Notes: generated by a model not told the origin, from the letters alone. A stretch of 42,058 bases of DNA from an uncultured archaeon (GCA_964493715.1 CAZBPC010000022.1:1-42058); one strand, 5' to 3'. Positions 29,081 to 38,645 are shown, numbered from the stretch's first letter. Made by a program: numbers and translations.

Positions 29081-29301
29081 TCATCAATCAACACATTATT
29101 TTTATTCTAATTATATTATTATTTCAATTAAGTCATATATAAGAAACTATTAAAGTAGGAGTATTACAGTTTAAATACTGTTTTGTGTTTCCTCTTTATT
29201 TATTAAGCAAAAACCAAAAAACAATCTAACTTTTATTAATGAATAAATCACGTTAAAGTTATTAATAAAATATTTTATTTTCTTCTGATTTTATTGCCTT
29301 A

Positions 29302-29391
29302 ATGTTACCAGAAGAATTTAGCCAAATTATATATGAAGAAGAAGAGAATGGGATTCTAATGATATATCCAAAAATCACCTGCAATCAGTAA
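29302..29391 (+). pseudogene. Possible 5' stub of an enoyl-CoA hydratase/isomerase gene
   Basis: MLPEEFSQIIYEEEENGILMIYPKITCNQ* resembles crotonase N-termini (F-x-x-I-I-Y-E-x-x-x-x-G-I) and then diverges. Confidence 0.35.
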
Positions 29392-29405
29392 CTGAGTTAA
29401 TTTTA

Positions 29406-30260
29406 TTAAATACTAGCTTTAAACATCTCTTTTAAATGATGATTCCCATAACTTGGCGCAACAACATCTTCATTCATAAAACGACTCATAAATTTTAATA
29501 TAGTATAAGTTTTAAAAGAATATAGCCTAACTATTCCAAGAAACAATTTCACTAAAAACGAGGGAAGATGAGTAATCTTAGGTTTTTTATCAAGAACCTC
29601 AAATGCTAATTTTGAGATATCATTGATTTTCATTGTGTCTGGGCCACCAACAGGAATTATTTTATCCATCTCATCAATATGTTCGTAAAAGAATTCGGCC
29701 AAATCAATTGGATCAATAGGATTCATGAAATTATTACCATGCCCTAGTAAAATTATTCTTCCTTTTTTAGCCATTTCAAAGAATTCTTGGATGTCTGAAA
29801 AAAAACCTGTTGGGCGTATTATAACGTAAGGAATCCCGCTTTTTTTGAGCTCACCTTCAAATTCATATTTTGCGTAGTATAACGCAATATCTAAGTTGTC
29901 TTCCACTCCAAAACCGGAAGTATACATGAATTTTTTTACATTATTTCTTTTTGCTTCGAGTAGAAGGTTCAAATTTGCTTGATAATCTATGTCCATGAAT
30001 GTAACTTTATCTTTTTGCCTAGTGATGCCTATTGTTGTAATCACTGCATCAAATCCGTTTAAGGTTCCAACTAATTCTTCGGGATGAGTCACATCAACTT
30101 TGAGAATTTCAAACAGATTATTAGATTTGTAAAAATTAAGTACATCGGGATGACGGGCGAGTGCTCGAATTTGAAATCCTCTTTTAAGTCCTACTTCTAC
30201 AAGTGCTTTACCAAGATGACCTGTAGAACCTGCAATCACTATTTTTTTTAAAGAACTCAT
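29406..30260 (-). CDS. Atypical SDR / NAD(P)H-binding oxidoreductase (NmrA-like)
   Basis: IAGSTGHLG, ALARHP, IDYQANLNLL, IIRPTGFF and VGGPD motifs. Confidence 0.85.
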   Translation of the reverse strand: MSSLKKIVIAGSTGHLGKALVEVGLKRGFQIRALARHPDVLNFYKSNNLFEILKVDVTHPEELVGTLNGFDAVITTIGITRQKDKVTFMDIDYQANLNLLLEAKRNNVKKFMYTSGFGVEDNLDIALYYAKYEFEGELKKSGIPYVIIRPTGFFSDIQEFFEMAKKGRIILLGHGNNFMNPIDPIDLAEFFYEHIDEMDKIIPVGGPDTMKINDISKLAFEVLDKKPKITHLPSFLVKLFLGIVRLYSFKTYTILKFMSRFMNEDVVAPSYGNHHLKEMFKASI

Positions 30261-30414
30261 ATATGTTTCTTATTTCAAATGAATATTTAAGGTAGACGGT
30301 TATAATTTTAATTCGAAAAATTATTACTGAGCTTTCTAAAAGATTTACTATTTATATTATCTCTAGGCGATTTTATTTTCATAAAACTTTTAAAATCAAG
30401 GTGAAAGTGAAATA

Positions 30415-30516
30415 ATGAAACCTACTATTTTTTGAGCAACCAGAGGAACGGGAAGACTACGGGTTTAAATTATGGGTACTAGAGCCCACAAAAGTGTCGT
30501 TACAATTTTATATTAA
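30415..30516 (+). pseudogene. Possible decayed 5' stub of a Rossmann-fold NAD(P)-binding oxidoreductase
   Basis: MKPTIF*ATRGTGRLRV*IMGTRAHKSVVTILY* resembles the MKxxIFGATGxTGR motif, with TGA at the Gly position. A GGTGA RBS-like sequence lies upstream. Confidence 0.45.
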
Positions 30517-30577
30517 GAAATGTTATAGCTATTAAAAAATTCTGATACATTAATAAGAATTAAGAAATTGCGATGAT

Positions 30578-31918
30578 ATGATGACAAGAAAGAAAGTGGT
30601 AATTATAGGGGCCCTCGGAATGGATTTTCATGTTTTTAACACAGTATTCAGAGATAACAAGGAGTATGAAGTTATTGCGTTCACTATTGCTGGGGAACAA
30701 AATGTTGGAACCACTGAAGAAACTCAAAGGAGATATCCAGCAGAATTAGCTGGAAAATTATACCCAAAGGGTATTCCGATGCTTCCTGAAGAAAATCTCT
30801 CAGAAATTATAAAGCTCCATAAAATAGATGAAGTAGTGTTTGCATATTCTGATGTTTCACACGAAGAAGTAATGCATAAAGCTTCTCGAGCTTTATCTGC
30901 TGGAGCAAATTATCGATTGATATCAGGGAAGTTCACACAAATAGAATCCAATAAACCAGTAGTAGCTATATGCGCTGTTAGAACGGGATGCGGTAAAAGT
31001 CAAGTTTCCAGAGCAACTTATCGGTATCTAATGAGCAAAGGTTATAAGGTTGTTGCAGTAAGAGAACCAATGCCTTATGGAGATTTGATAAAACAAAATG
31101 TAATGCGATTTGAAAAATACGAAGATTTAGATAAATACGATTGTACAATTGAAGAACGGGAAGAATATGAACCCTATATAGAGCAGGGTCTTGTGATTTA
31201 TTCTGGAGTGGACTATGAAAAAATAATCAGACAGGCAGAAAAGGAAGCAGATATCATAATTTTCGATGGCGGAAACAACGAAATTTCGTTTTATGTTCCA
31301 GATTTACTTTTTATCGTAGTAGATCCATTGAGACCTGGACACGAAATGAAATATCATCCAGGTGAAGTGAATGCTCGATCAGCTGACGCATTTGTAATTA
31401 ACAAATTAAATAGTGCAAAAGCAGAAGATGTGAAAATTGTAGAAACTAATTTAAACGAGTTAAACCCTCAGGCAACTAGAATACATACCAATTCAGTTGT
31501 AACTATCGAAGGAAATCACGATTTAAAGGGTAAAAGGGTGATTGTTGTTGAAGATGGGCCAACTTTAACTCACGGAAACATGTCTTATGGTGCGGGATTT
31601 GTCGCAGCAACCAATAGTGGTGCTACGATCATCGATCCTAAACCCTACATTACTGGTACAATGAAAAAATTATTCGAAGAGTTTCCACAAATTACACAAA
31701 TAGTCCCAGCAATGGGGTACAACGACCAACAGATTAAAGACATGGAAGATACGCTTAATAAAGCAGATTGTGATATTATTATTGATGGTAGCCCGATAGA
31801 TCTAGAGAAATTAATTAAAAGCAATAAGCCCATCATTAGAGTCACATACGATATTGAACCAATATCCAGTCCAACTATCGAAGAAACATTAGATAAATTT
31901 ATTGAAAAATTTTTATAA
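30578..31918 (+). CDS. arcE: ArcE-type arginine synthetase (P-loop family often annotated cyclic 2,3-diphosphoglycerate synthetase-like/GTPase)
   Basis: DFHVFNTVFRDN, AYSDVSH, AVRTGCGKS, PMPYGDL, TIEEREEYE, DGGNNE, YHPGEVN, VEDGPTLTHG and PAMGY motifs. Clustered with OTC and carbamate kinase. Confidence 0.8.
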   Translation: MMTRKKVVIIGALGMDFHVFNTVFRDNKEYEVIAFTIAGEQNVGTTEETQRRYPAELAGKLYPKGIPMLPEENLSEIIKLHKIDEVVFAYSDVSHEEVMHKASRALSAGANYRLISGKFTQIESNKPVVAICAVRTGCGKSQVSRATYRYLMSKGYKVVAVREPMPYGDLIKQNVMRFEKYEDLDKYDCTIEEREEYEPYIEQGLVIYSGVDYEKIIRQAEKEADIIIFDGGNNEISFYVPDLLFIVVDPLRPGHEMKYHPGEVNARSADAFVINKLNSAKAEDVKIVETNLNELNPQATRIHTNSVVTIEGNHDLKGKRVIVVEDGPTLTHGNMSYGAGFVAATNSGATIIDPKPYITGTMKKLFEEFPQITQIVPAMGYNDQQIKDMEDTLNKADCDIIIDGSPIDLEKLIKSNKPIIRVTYDIEPISSPTIEETLDKFIEKFL

Positions 31919-31942
31919 AGAAATTTTTAAATTTTAATATGT

Positions 31943-31990
31943 AAAAGGGCTTGACATCAAGAACCCTTTTTTCATAAGTTTTTTATTTTT
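31943..31990 (+). terminator. Hairpin plus T-tracts between arcE and aor
   Basis: AAAAGGG-CTTGA-CA-TCAAG-AA-CCCTTTT, followed by further T-runs. Confidence 0.5.
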
Positions 31991-32009
31991 TCAGAAGGTG
32001 AAAAATAAA

Positions 32010-34202
32010 TTGATAATTGCAGAAAAAAAATATGAAATTCGTGAAGTCCAAAAAGGGTATGCTAATAGAACTCTATATATTAATCTTAGTAATAATGAGA
32101 TTCAGATCAGACCGGTCTTTGATGAAATGAAAGAAAAGTTTATCGGTGGAAAGGGATTTGATCTTTGGCTCATGTGGGTGAGCATGAATGGACTTCCTCG
32201 AGATAAAATTGTTAATTGGAATGACCCTGAAAATGAGATTTGTATTTCTTCGGGACCTTTAGGAGGAAACATCTTTTATCCTGGTTCGGGAAAATCAATA
32301 GTTACTACAATATCTCCTTTAACAGATATGATCATAGATTCAAATGTAGGGGGTTATTTCGGACCCTATTTAAAATTCTCGGGTTTTGACGCGATTGAAA
32401 TTCAAGGGAAAGCCCAAAAAGAGGTGTTAATATACATAGATGGTGTAGAGGGTTTTGTTCAAATTAAGGAAGTCGAAGATTCTGAAGGGCTATCAAATTA
32501 TTCTCATGAATTGACTCAACAACTTACAGCACAATACGCAGAAGATGATCGTGAAAAACAAAGAATTTCAGTTGTAAGTACGGGTCCGGGAGCAAAATAT
32601 TCGAATTGGGGTATGTTAAACTTCTCTTGGTATGTTCCAGGTCGCAATTGGGCATCAAGTAAACAAGCGGGGAGAGGCGGAATTGGTAGTGTTTTTGCGG
32701 ATAAACGTGTTAAAGCTTTGGTGTGTCGCTCTCCAAAAGTTTCCGTTAATTCTAATAATCCCGCTAATTTAGAAGAAGCTAGAAAAATAGGAATCGCACA
32801 TACCCAAGAAATAATTAAACTTGATCCTATTCAGAATGAAATGCGCAGAGTGGGGACGGGACACCTACCAGATATTATGAACGTGACTGATCTCTTACCA
32901 ACAGAAAATTATCGTTTCGGAGCTCATCGAGAAATCCGAGGAAAAAACATCCCTTACAATAGAGAGATCATGAGAGGAATATACTCTGGAAAAGAAGGAG
33001 GAGATGGATGTTGGATTGGCTGTACTGTTTCATGTTCTCACTATTCAGAAGGACATGAGGTCTTAACGGGTCCTTTTAAGGGACAAAAATTAATCGTTGA
33101 TGGACCAGAATATGAAACTATCGCTGGTTGTGGCTCAAATTGGGGAGTTTGGGACCCAAAATGGGTCTTAGAAGTAAATTTTTACTGCGATACCTATGGT
33201 TTAGATACAATTTCGGTAGGGACGGGAATAGCTTTTGTAATGGAATGCTTCGAAGCAGGCATTTTAAATAAAGAGAGGACTGGAGGACTAGAATTAAATT
33301 TTGGAGATGTTGAAGCAGCCGTAGAGTTGATTCATCAAATGGCAAAGGGTGAAGGTTTTGGAGTTATTGTAGGAAAAGGTATTAAATACATGAAAAAATA
33401 TTTTGTTGGAAATTTTGGAGCAGATCCACAATTTATACAAGATATTGGCATGGAACATAAAGGTTTAGAATTTTCTGAGTATGTAACTAAAGAATCCTTA
33501 GCACAACAAGGTGGATATGGACTAACTAATAAGGGACCACAACATGATGAAGCGTGGCTCATATTTGATGACGTGATTAGAAATTCGATACCATCATTCG
33601 AAGACAAGGCTAAAGCTCTGAGATATTTTCCATTATGGAGGACTTGGTTTAGTTTGTGTGGTTTATGCAAGTTACCATGGAATGATATCCAACCAACTAG
33701 CCAAGCAGATTATCCCATAAAAGATCCTAAAACAGGAGAGCTGGTTCGAGCAAAAATCCCAGATCACGTTGAAAATTATGTAAAATATTATTCAGCAGTT
33801 ACGGGAAATCAATCAACATCTAATGATCTCATAAACATGTCTGAAAGAGTGTATACCTTTCAACGGATATTTAATATTAGATTAGGTAAAGGACTTCGAG
33901 AACACGATTCAAATCTACCTTATAGAGCAGTTGGTCCAGTTACTTTACTTGAATACGAAAGCCGCGCTGAGAGATATGATACGCAACTTAAAGAGTTAGG
34001 ATTTAAAATTAAAGGTAAATCTACCGAAGAAAAAATAAAAATTCTCCGTAACTATCGTGAGGATCAGTACGTGAAACTTCAAGATGCAGTTTACTTAGAG
34101 CGGGGTTGGAATCAAAACGGTTGTCCTACTATAGAGTTAGTAAAAAAGTTAGGAATTGATTTTAATGAGATAATTGATATCATTACTCCTTTTCAAGAAT
34201 AA
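32010..34202 (+). CDS. aor: Aldehyde:ferredoxin oxidoreductase (tungsto/molybdo-bispterin AOR family)
   Basis: SPLT, SNVGGYFG, QAGRGGIG, CWIGCTVSC, GPEYET, CDTYGLDTIS and GLCKLPW motifs. TTG at 32010 is preferred because the GTG at 31998 lies within the GAAGGTGA RBS. Confidence 0.9.
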   Translation: MIIAEKKYEIREVQKGYANRTLYINLSNNEIQIRPVFDEMKEKFIGGKGFDLWLMWVSMNGLPRDKIVNWNDPENEICISSGPLGGNIFYPGSGKSIVTTISPLTDMIIDSNVGGYFGPYLKFSGFDAIEIQGKAQKEVLIYIDGVEGFVQIKEVEDSEGLSNYSHELTQQLTAQYAEDDREKQRISVVSTGPGAKYSNWGMLNFSWYVPGRNWASSKQAGRGGIGSVFADKRVKALVCRSPKVSVNSNNPANLEEARKIGIAHTQEIIKLDPIQNEMRRVGTGHLPDIMNVTDLLPTENYRFGAHREIRGKNIPYNREIMRGIYSGKEGGDGCWIGCTVSCSHYSEGHEVLTGPFKGQKLIVDGPEYETIAGCGSNWGVWDPKWVLEVNFYCDTYGLDTISVGTGIAFVMECFEAGILNKERTGGLELNFGDVEAAVELIHQMAKGEGFGVIVGKGIKYMKKYFVGNFGADPQFIQDIGMEHKGLEFSEYVTKESLAQQGGYGLTNKGPQHDEAWLIFDDVIRNSIPSFEDKAKALRYFPLWRTWFSLCGLCKLPWNDIQPTSQADYPIKDPKTGELVRAKIPDHVENYVKYYSAVTGNQSTSNDLINMSERVYTFQRIFNIRLGKGLREHDSNLPYRAVGPVTLLEYESRAERYDTQLKELGFKIKGKSTEEKIKILRNYREDQYVKLQDAVYLERGWNQNGCPTIELVKKLGIDFNEIIDIITPFQE

Positions 34203-34229
34203 AAATTATTATTTAAAATGTGATCCTAA

Positions 34230-36311
34230 ATGGAAAACATAACAAGCCATCCCATCCTTGAAATACCGGAAAGAAAAAAAATAAAATTCAAGTTTGACGG
34301 AAAAGAATTAACTGGATTTGAGGGATTGGTTATATCTTCGGTCTTGTTTCTTAATGGGATTAAAATTTTTGGACATCACATAAAAGATTCAAGTCCTCAG
34401 GGGATCTTTTGCGCTAATGGACAATGTTCTCAATGTAATGTAATCGCCAATAATATTCCAGTGAAAGCTTGCATGACACTGTTAGAAGATGGAATGGAGA
34501 TAAGAAGTTGCAATGGCTTACCAGAGTTACCTCTGGACGATAAATATATAGAAGTTGGCGATGTTGATATTATTAAGACAGAAGTTCTTGTTATAGGTGC
34601 GGGTCCAGCGGGATTATCTGCTACCAAACTTCTTGGAGAACATGAAATAGATGTAATACTAGTCGATGATAAAAATAGACTTGGGGGAAAATTAGTGCTT
34701 CAAACCCATAAATTTTTTGGTTCTCAGGAAGATGTATATGCTGGTAAGCGTGGTATTGATATTGCAGAAATTCTTGGTGATCAGGTAAAATTATTGGACT
34801 CCGTAAATATTTGGATTAATAGCACGGTTGTAGCTGTATTCAGTGACAAGTTAATTGGGGTTTTGAAGAATAATGAAGAATATGTTTTAATTTCGCCAAG
34901 AAATATATTAGTAGCAACGGGAGCGAGGGAAAAAATGCTTGTATTTCCAGGAAACACTTTACCGGGTGTATATGGTGCTGGTGCATTTCAAACATTGGTG
35001 AATCGAGATTTAATAAAAGCCGCAAAACAGATTTTCATTATTGGAGGAGGGAATGTTGGATTAATAGCAGGATATCATGCAATTCAAGCAGGAATAAATG
35101 TGGTCGGACTAATCGAAGCAATGCCATACTGTGGAGGATATAAAGTGCATGAAGATAAACTCCACCGCCTGGGTGTACCAATTTATACGAGACATACTGT
35201 CACAAGTGCTAATGGAAGTAATAATGTCGAATCAATAACTATTGGGCAAATTAATGAAAAAGGAGAAATTCTTCCAAATACTAAAAAAACCTTCAATTGT
35301 GATACAATACTAATAGCTATAGGTTTGAATCCTGTAGATGAGTTTTATCTTAAAGCAAAAGAATTTGGAATGAATGTGTGGGTTGCTGGAGATGCTCAAG
35401 AAATTGCTGAAGCGTCAGCTGCGATTTTTACGGGAAGAATTGAAGCGTTAAAAATGTTAGAAAAGATGGGAATCAAAGTTAAAGAAAATATCGATGATTT
35501 AGAAAAGTTTGCAAACATAATGAAGGCAAAACCACCACTTCCCAGTGAACCGAAAATTTTAGAAAAGGAAGATGGAATTTTTCCTCTCTTTCATTGTAAT
35601 CAAGAAATCCCATGTAATCCATGTACCTCGGTATGCCCTCAAGATCAAATTAATACAATTGATAATATCATCACACAACTTCCATACTTTAGAGATGAAA
35701 AAGATTGTATCGGATGTGGTAAATGTATAGCAGTATGTCCTGGTTTGGCTATTACATTAATAGATTATCGCAAAAATAAAGATTTTCCATCTGTTACACT
35801 CCCACTTGAGCTATCTGCTAATAAAATTGAAATAGGTAAAAAAGTACTTATTGTGAGTAACGATGCTGGATTAGGAGAATTCAAAGTTAAACGAGTGCGT
35901 ATATTACCCGAATTTCCTAAAACGCAACTCATCACTGTTGAAATACCGTCAAGAATCGCTAAACATGCTACGGGTATAAGATTAAATCAAAATTCTTATA
36001 ATGAATCGCTGAATTTATATCAGAAAAATTTTACTGAAAATGAAACAATTGTATGTCGTTGTGAACGCGTTTCAGTAGGAGAAATTCGACATTGGATTCG
36101 CAATGGTGTAAGGGATTTTAATGAATTGAAAGCATTGACAAAAGTTGGAATGGGGTCTTGTGGTGGAAAAACGTGCACCCCTCTTATTGATAGGATATTC
36201 CGTGAAGAAGGTGTTAATATTGATGAGGTTGTTCCTGGAACAAAGCGGCCTTTATTCATTGAAATGCCCTTGAAACTATTTGCTGGTATAAAGGAGAAAA
36301 AGGAGGATTAA
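34230..36311 (+). CDS. Fused Fe-S flavoprotein ([2Fe-2S] + FAD/NAD(P) + 2x[4Fe-4S] + BFD-like), proline dehydrogenase/sarcosine oxidase alpha-like subunit
   Basis: FCANGQCSQC...KAC; GAGPAG; ATGARE; GGGNVG; CNQEIPCNPCTSVCP; CIGCGKCIAVCP; CRCE...GMGSCGGKTC. Confidence 0.8.
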   Translation: MENITSHPILEIPERKKIKFKFDGKELTGFEGLVISSVLFLNGIKIFGHHIKDSSPQGIFCANGQCSQCNVIANNIPVKACMTLLEDGMEIRSCNGLPELPLDDKYIEVGDVDIIKTEVLVIGAGPAGLSATKLLGEHEIDVILVDDKNRLGGKLVLQTHKFFGSQEDVYAGKRGIDIAEILGDQVKLLDSVNIWINSTVVAVFSDKLIGVLKNNEEYVLISPRNILVATGAREKMLVFPGNTLPGVYGAGAFQTLVNRDLIKAAKQIFIIGGGNVGLIAGYHAIQAGINVVGLIEAMPYCGGYKVHEDKLHRLGVPIYTRHTVTSANGSNNVESITIGQINEKGEILPNTKKTFNCDTILIAIGLNPVDEFYLKAKEFGMNVWVAGDAQEIAEASAAIFTGRIEALKMLEKMGIKVKENIDDLEKFANIMKAKPPLPSEPKILEKEDGIFPLFHCNQEIPCNPCTSVCPQDQINTIDNIITQLPYFRDEKDCIGCGKCIAVCPGLAITLIDYRKNKDFPSVTLPLELSANKIEIGKKVLIVSNDAGLGEFKVKRVRILPEFPKTQLITVEIPSRIAKHATGIRLNQNSYNESLNLYQKNFTENETIVCRCERVSVGEIRHWIRNGVRDFNELKALTKVGMGSCGGKTCTPLIDRIFREEGVNIDEVVPGTKRPLFIEMPLKLFAGIKEKKED

Positions 36312-36315
36312 TTAG

Positions 36316-37482
36316 ATGGTAGAATATGATGTGATTATCATTGGTGCTGGAAGTATTGGGGTTCCAACTGCATTAGCAACTGCCAGTGATGGATTAAAAA
36401 CATTAGTAATAGATACTTTACCATCAGTATCTCAAGCTGATAATAAGCATGCAATAGGAGGCATCAGGGCAACCCATACTCAAAAAGGGAAAATAATGTT
36501 ATGTCAACGATCAATCGAAATTTTCAGGAACTGGGAAAGCCAATTTGGAGATGATATCTGGTGGAAGCAAGGAGGATATTGTTTTGTGGCTTATACTAAA
36601 GAGCATGAGAACACGCTTAAATTAAATGTGCAATTACAAAAATCCTTTGGTTTGGATATAGACTATGTTAGCAAGGAGGAAATAAAGAATTTAATTCCAG
36701 GAATTAATGAGGATAACTTACTTGGGGGAACTTATAGTCCAAAAGATGGCAACGCTTCCCCTCTCCTTTCCCTTCATGCTTTTTATCGCCAATCAAGAGA
36801 AAAAGGAGCTGAGTTTAAATTCAATGAGACCGTAACAGATATATTTTCTAAAAATGGAACGATCATAGGACTAAAAACAAATAAAAGTAAATATAACACG
36901 ACTCAAATTGTGAACGCAGCGGGAGGAAATGCTAATACGTTAGGAAAAATGGTAAACATTAATTTACCCGTGATTCCAGAATCCCATGAAGCGGGTATTA
37001 CTGAACCCGTAAAAAAAATTTTCAACCCTATGGTTGTTGATATGAGACCCGCTATAGATAATACTTTTGGAAACTCTAAAAATTATTATTTTTATCAAAA
37101 TAAAGAAGGTAAAATCATTTTTTGCCTTACTCCAGACCCAAGCATAATTGGTAAAGATAGAAGAGAAACAAGTTCATTCCTTCCTCAGATTACTAAACGA
37201 ATGATTTCCCTTATGCCCAGATTGAAAAATATAAAAATTCGTAGAACGTGGAGAGGGCTATATCCAATGACTCCTGATGGAAATCCTATTTTAGGGATCG
37301 TGGAGGGTATAAATGGATATGTAAATGCTGTGGGAATGTGTGGTCAAGGGTTCATGCTAGGTCCTGGCATTGGTGAACTCATAAGTAGATTTATACGGAA
37401 CAAATTAACTCCGCAAGATAAAGATATCCTTAATGAATTCTCCATTACAAGAGATTATAATAAGGAAGAAGAATTAAAGTAA
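36316..37482 (+). CDS. FAD-dependent amine/imino-acid dehydrogenase, DAO family (proline dehydrogenase/sarcosine oxidase beta-like)
   Basis: IIGAGSIG, GGIR, IVNAAG, RTWRGLYPMTPDGNPILG and GMCGQGFMLGPG motifs. Starts 4 bp after the alpha-like subunit. Confidence 0.82.
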   Translation: MVEYDVIIIGAGSIGVPTALATASDGLKTLVIDTLPSVSQADNKHAIGGIRATHTQKGKIMLCQRSIEIFRNWESQFGDDIWWKQGGYCFVAYTKEHENTLKLNVQLQKSFGLDIDYVSKEEIKNLIPGINEDNLLGGTYSPKDGNASPLLSLHAFYRQSREKGAEFKFNETVTDIFSKNGTIIGLKTNKSKYNTTQIVNAAGGNANTLGKMVNINLPVIPESHEAGITEPVKKIFNPMVVDMRPAIDNTFGNSKNYYFYQNKEGKIIFCLTPDPSIIGKDRRETSSFLPQITKRMISLMPRLKNIKIRRTWRGLYPMTPDGNPILGIVEGINGYVNAVGMCGQGFMLGPGIGELISRFIRNKLTPQDKDILNEFSITRDYNKEEELK

Positions 37483-37552
37483 AAATTTAAAGTAAGCTAC
37501 ATATAACTATCACAATATTGAAAAAAAAAGTCAATTGTAATTCTTAGAGTGA

Positions 37553-38491
37553 ATGAAAATGGTTAGACATTTATTAAAAATATCAGATTTGTCGAAAGTA
37601 GAATGTGAAAAGATAATATCGAAAGCTATAGAAATTAAAAATAATCCTCCGAAATTTAAAAGTGCATTAAAAGGAGAAACTCTCTTAATGCTATTCGAAA
37701 AACCCTCATTAAGAACCCGTATATCTTTTGAGACAGGAATGCAACAATTGGGTGGACATGCAATATTTTATTCTATAGTAGATTCCCCCTTAGGGAAAAA
37801 GGAAAACATCCACGATACTGCCAAAGTAGTATCATTATATGTGAATTTAATCGCTGCAAGGGTATACAAAAGAGAAGATATGCGAGATTTCGCTAAAGAT
37901 GCCAGCGTTCCATTAATCAACATGCTTGATGATTTTGCTCATCCTTGTCAGATTCTCTGTGATTTTCTTACCATTAAGGAAAAAAAAGGGCGTCTTAATA
38001 ATTTAAAAATGTCATTTTTTGGTGATGGATATAATAATGTTACTTATGATCTCATGAGAATGTGTGCGATGTTTGGATTAAGAATGGATGTTGCTTGTCC
38101 AAGCGAAACTGATTATTCTCCTGAACAAGAAGTTTTAGATGAAGTAGCGGAATTATCAAAAATTTCAGGTGCTGATGTAAGAGTCGTCCATGATGCTAAA
38201 GAAGCAGCTAAAGATGCAGAGATTATTTATACTGATTCATGGATGAGTTATGGGATTCCTAAGGAGCTAGAAGAAGAACGTAAAAAAATATTTATGCCAT
38301 ATCAAGTGACTGAAGAAATAATGAAAAGTGCTAAATCCGATGCTCTTTTCATGAATTGTCTCCCCGCTATGAGAGGTTCTGAACAAACGGCAGCTGTTAT
38401 AGATGGCCCTCAATCAATTGTTTTCGATCAAGCGAGAAATCGTCTTCACGGACAAAAAGCAATCATGCTATTTCTAAGGGATAAATTTTAA
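37553..38491 (+). CDS. arcB: Ornithine carbamoyltransferase (probably catabolic)
   Basis: FEKPSLRTR, HPCQ, GDGYNNV, TDSWMSYG, NCLP and NRLH motifs; directly upstream of carbamate kinase. Confidence 0.92.
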   Translation: MKMVRHLLKISDLSKVECEKIISKAIEIKNNPPKFKSALKGETLLMLFEKPSLRTRISFETGMQQLGGHAIFYSIVDSPLGKKENIHDTAKVVSLYVNLIAARVYKREDMRDFAKDASVPLINMLDDFAHPCQILCDFLTIKEKKGRLNNLKMSFFGDGYNNVTYDLMRMCAMFGLRMDVACPSETDYSPEQEVLDEVAELSKISGADVRVVHDAKEAAKDAEIIYTDSWMSYGIPKELEEERKKIFMPYQVTEEIMKSAKSDALFMNCLPAMRGSEQTAAVIDGPQSIVFDQARNRLHGQKAIMLFLRDKF

Positions 38492-38645
38492 TTCTCATTA
38501 TCTTAATTTTATCATCAAGAAATTCAAGGATGTATAGCAATTTCTTTTAAAAATAGATTATAATTTTTGATGGCTCTTATAATAAAATTTATAATTTTCC
38601 CTACAATACTATTATTTTTCACTTTGATATAGGAGTTGATAACAT

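Noticed and set aside
29377-30241. Direct repeat ACCTGCAATCA(G/C)TA at 29377 and 30228 as a target-site duplication around the SDR gene
   Set aside because: The second copy lies inside the SDR coding sequence, and there is no transposase or terminal inverted repeat; likely chance.
30578-31918. Annotation as cyclic 2,3-diphosphoglycerate synthetase
   Set aside because: No 2-phosphoglycerate kinase is nearby, and the arcB/arcC/rocD context favours arginine synthetase. This is not formally excluded without a phylogeny.
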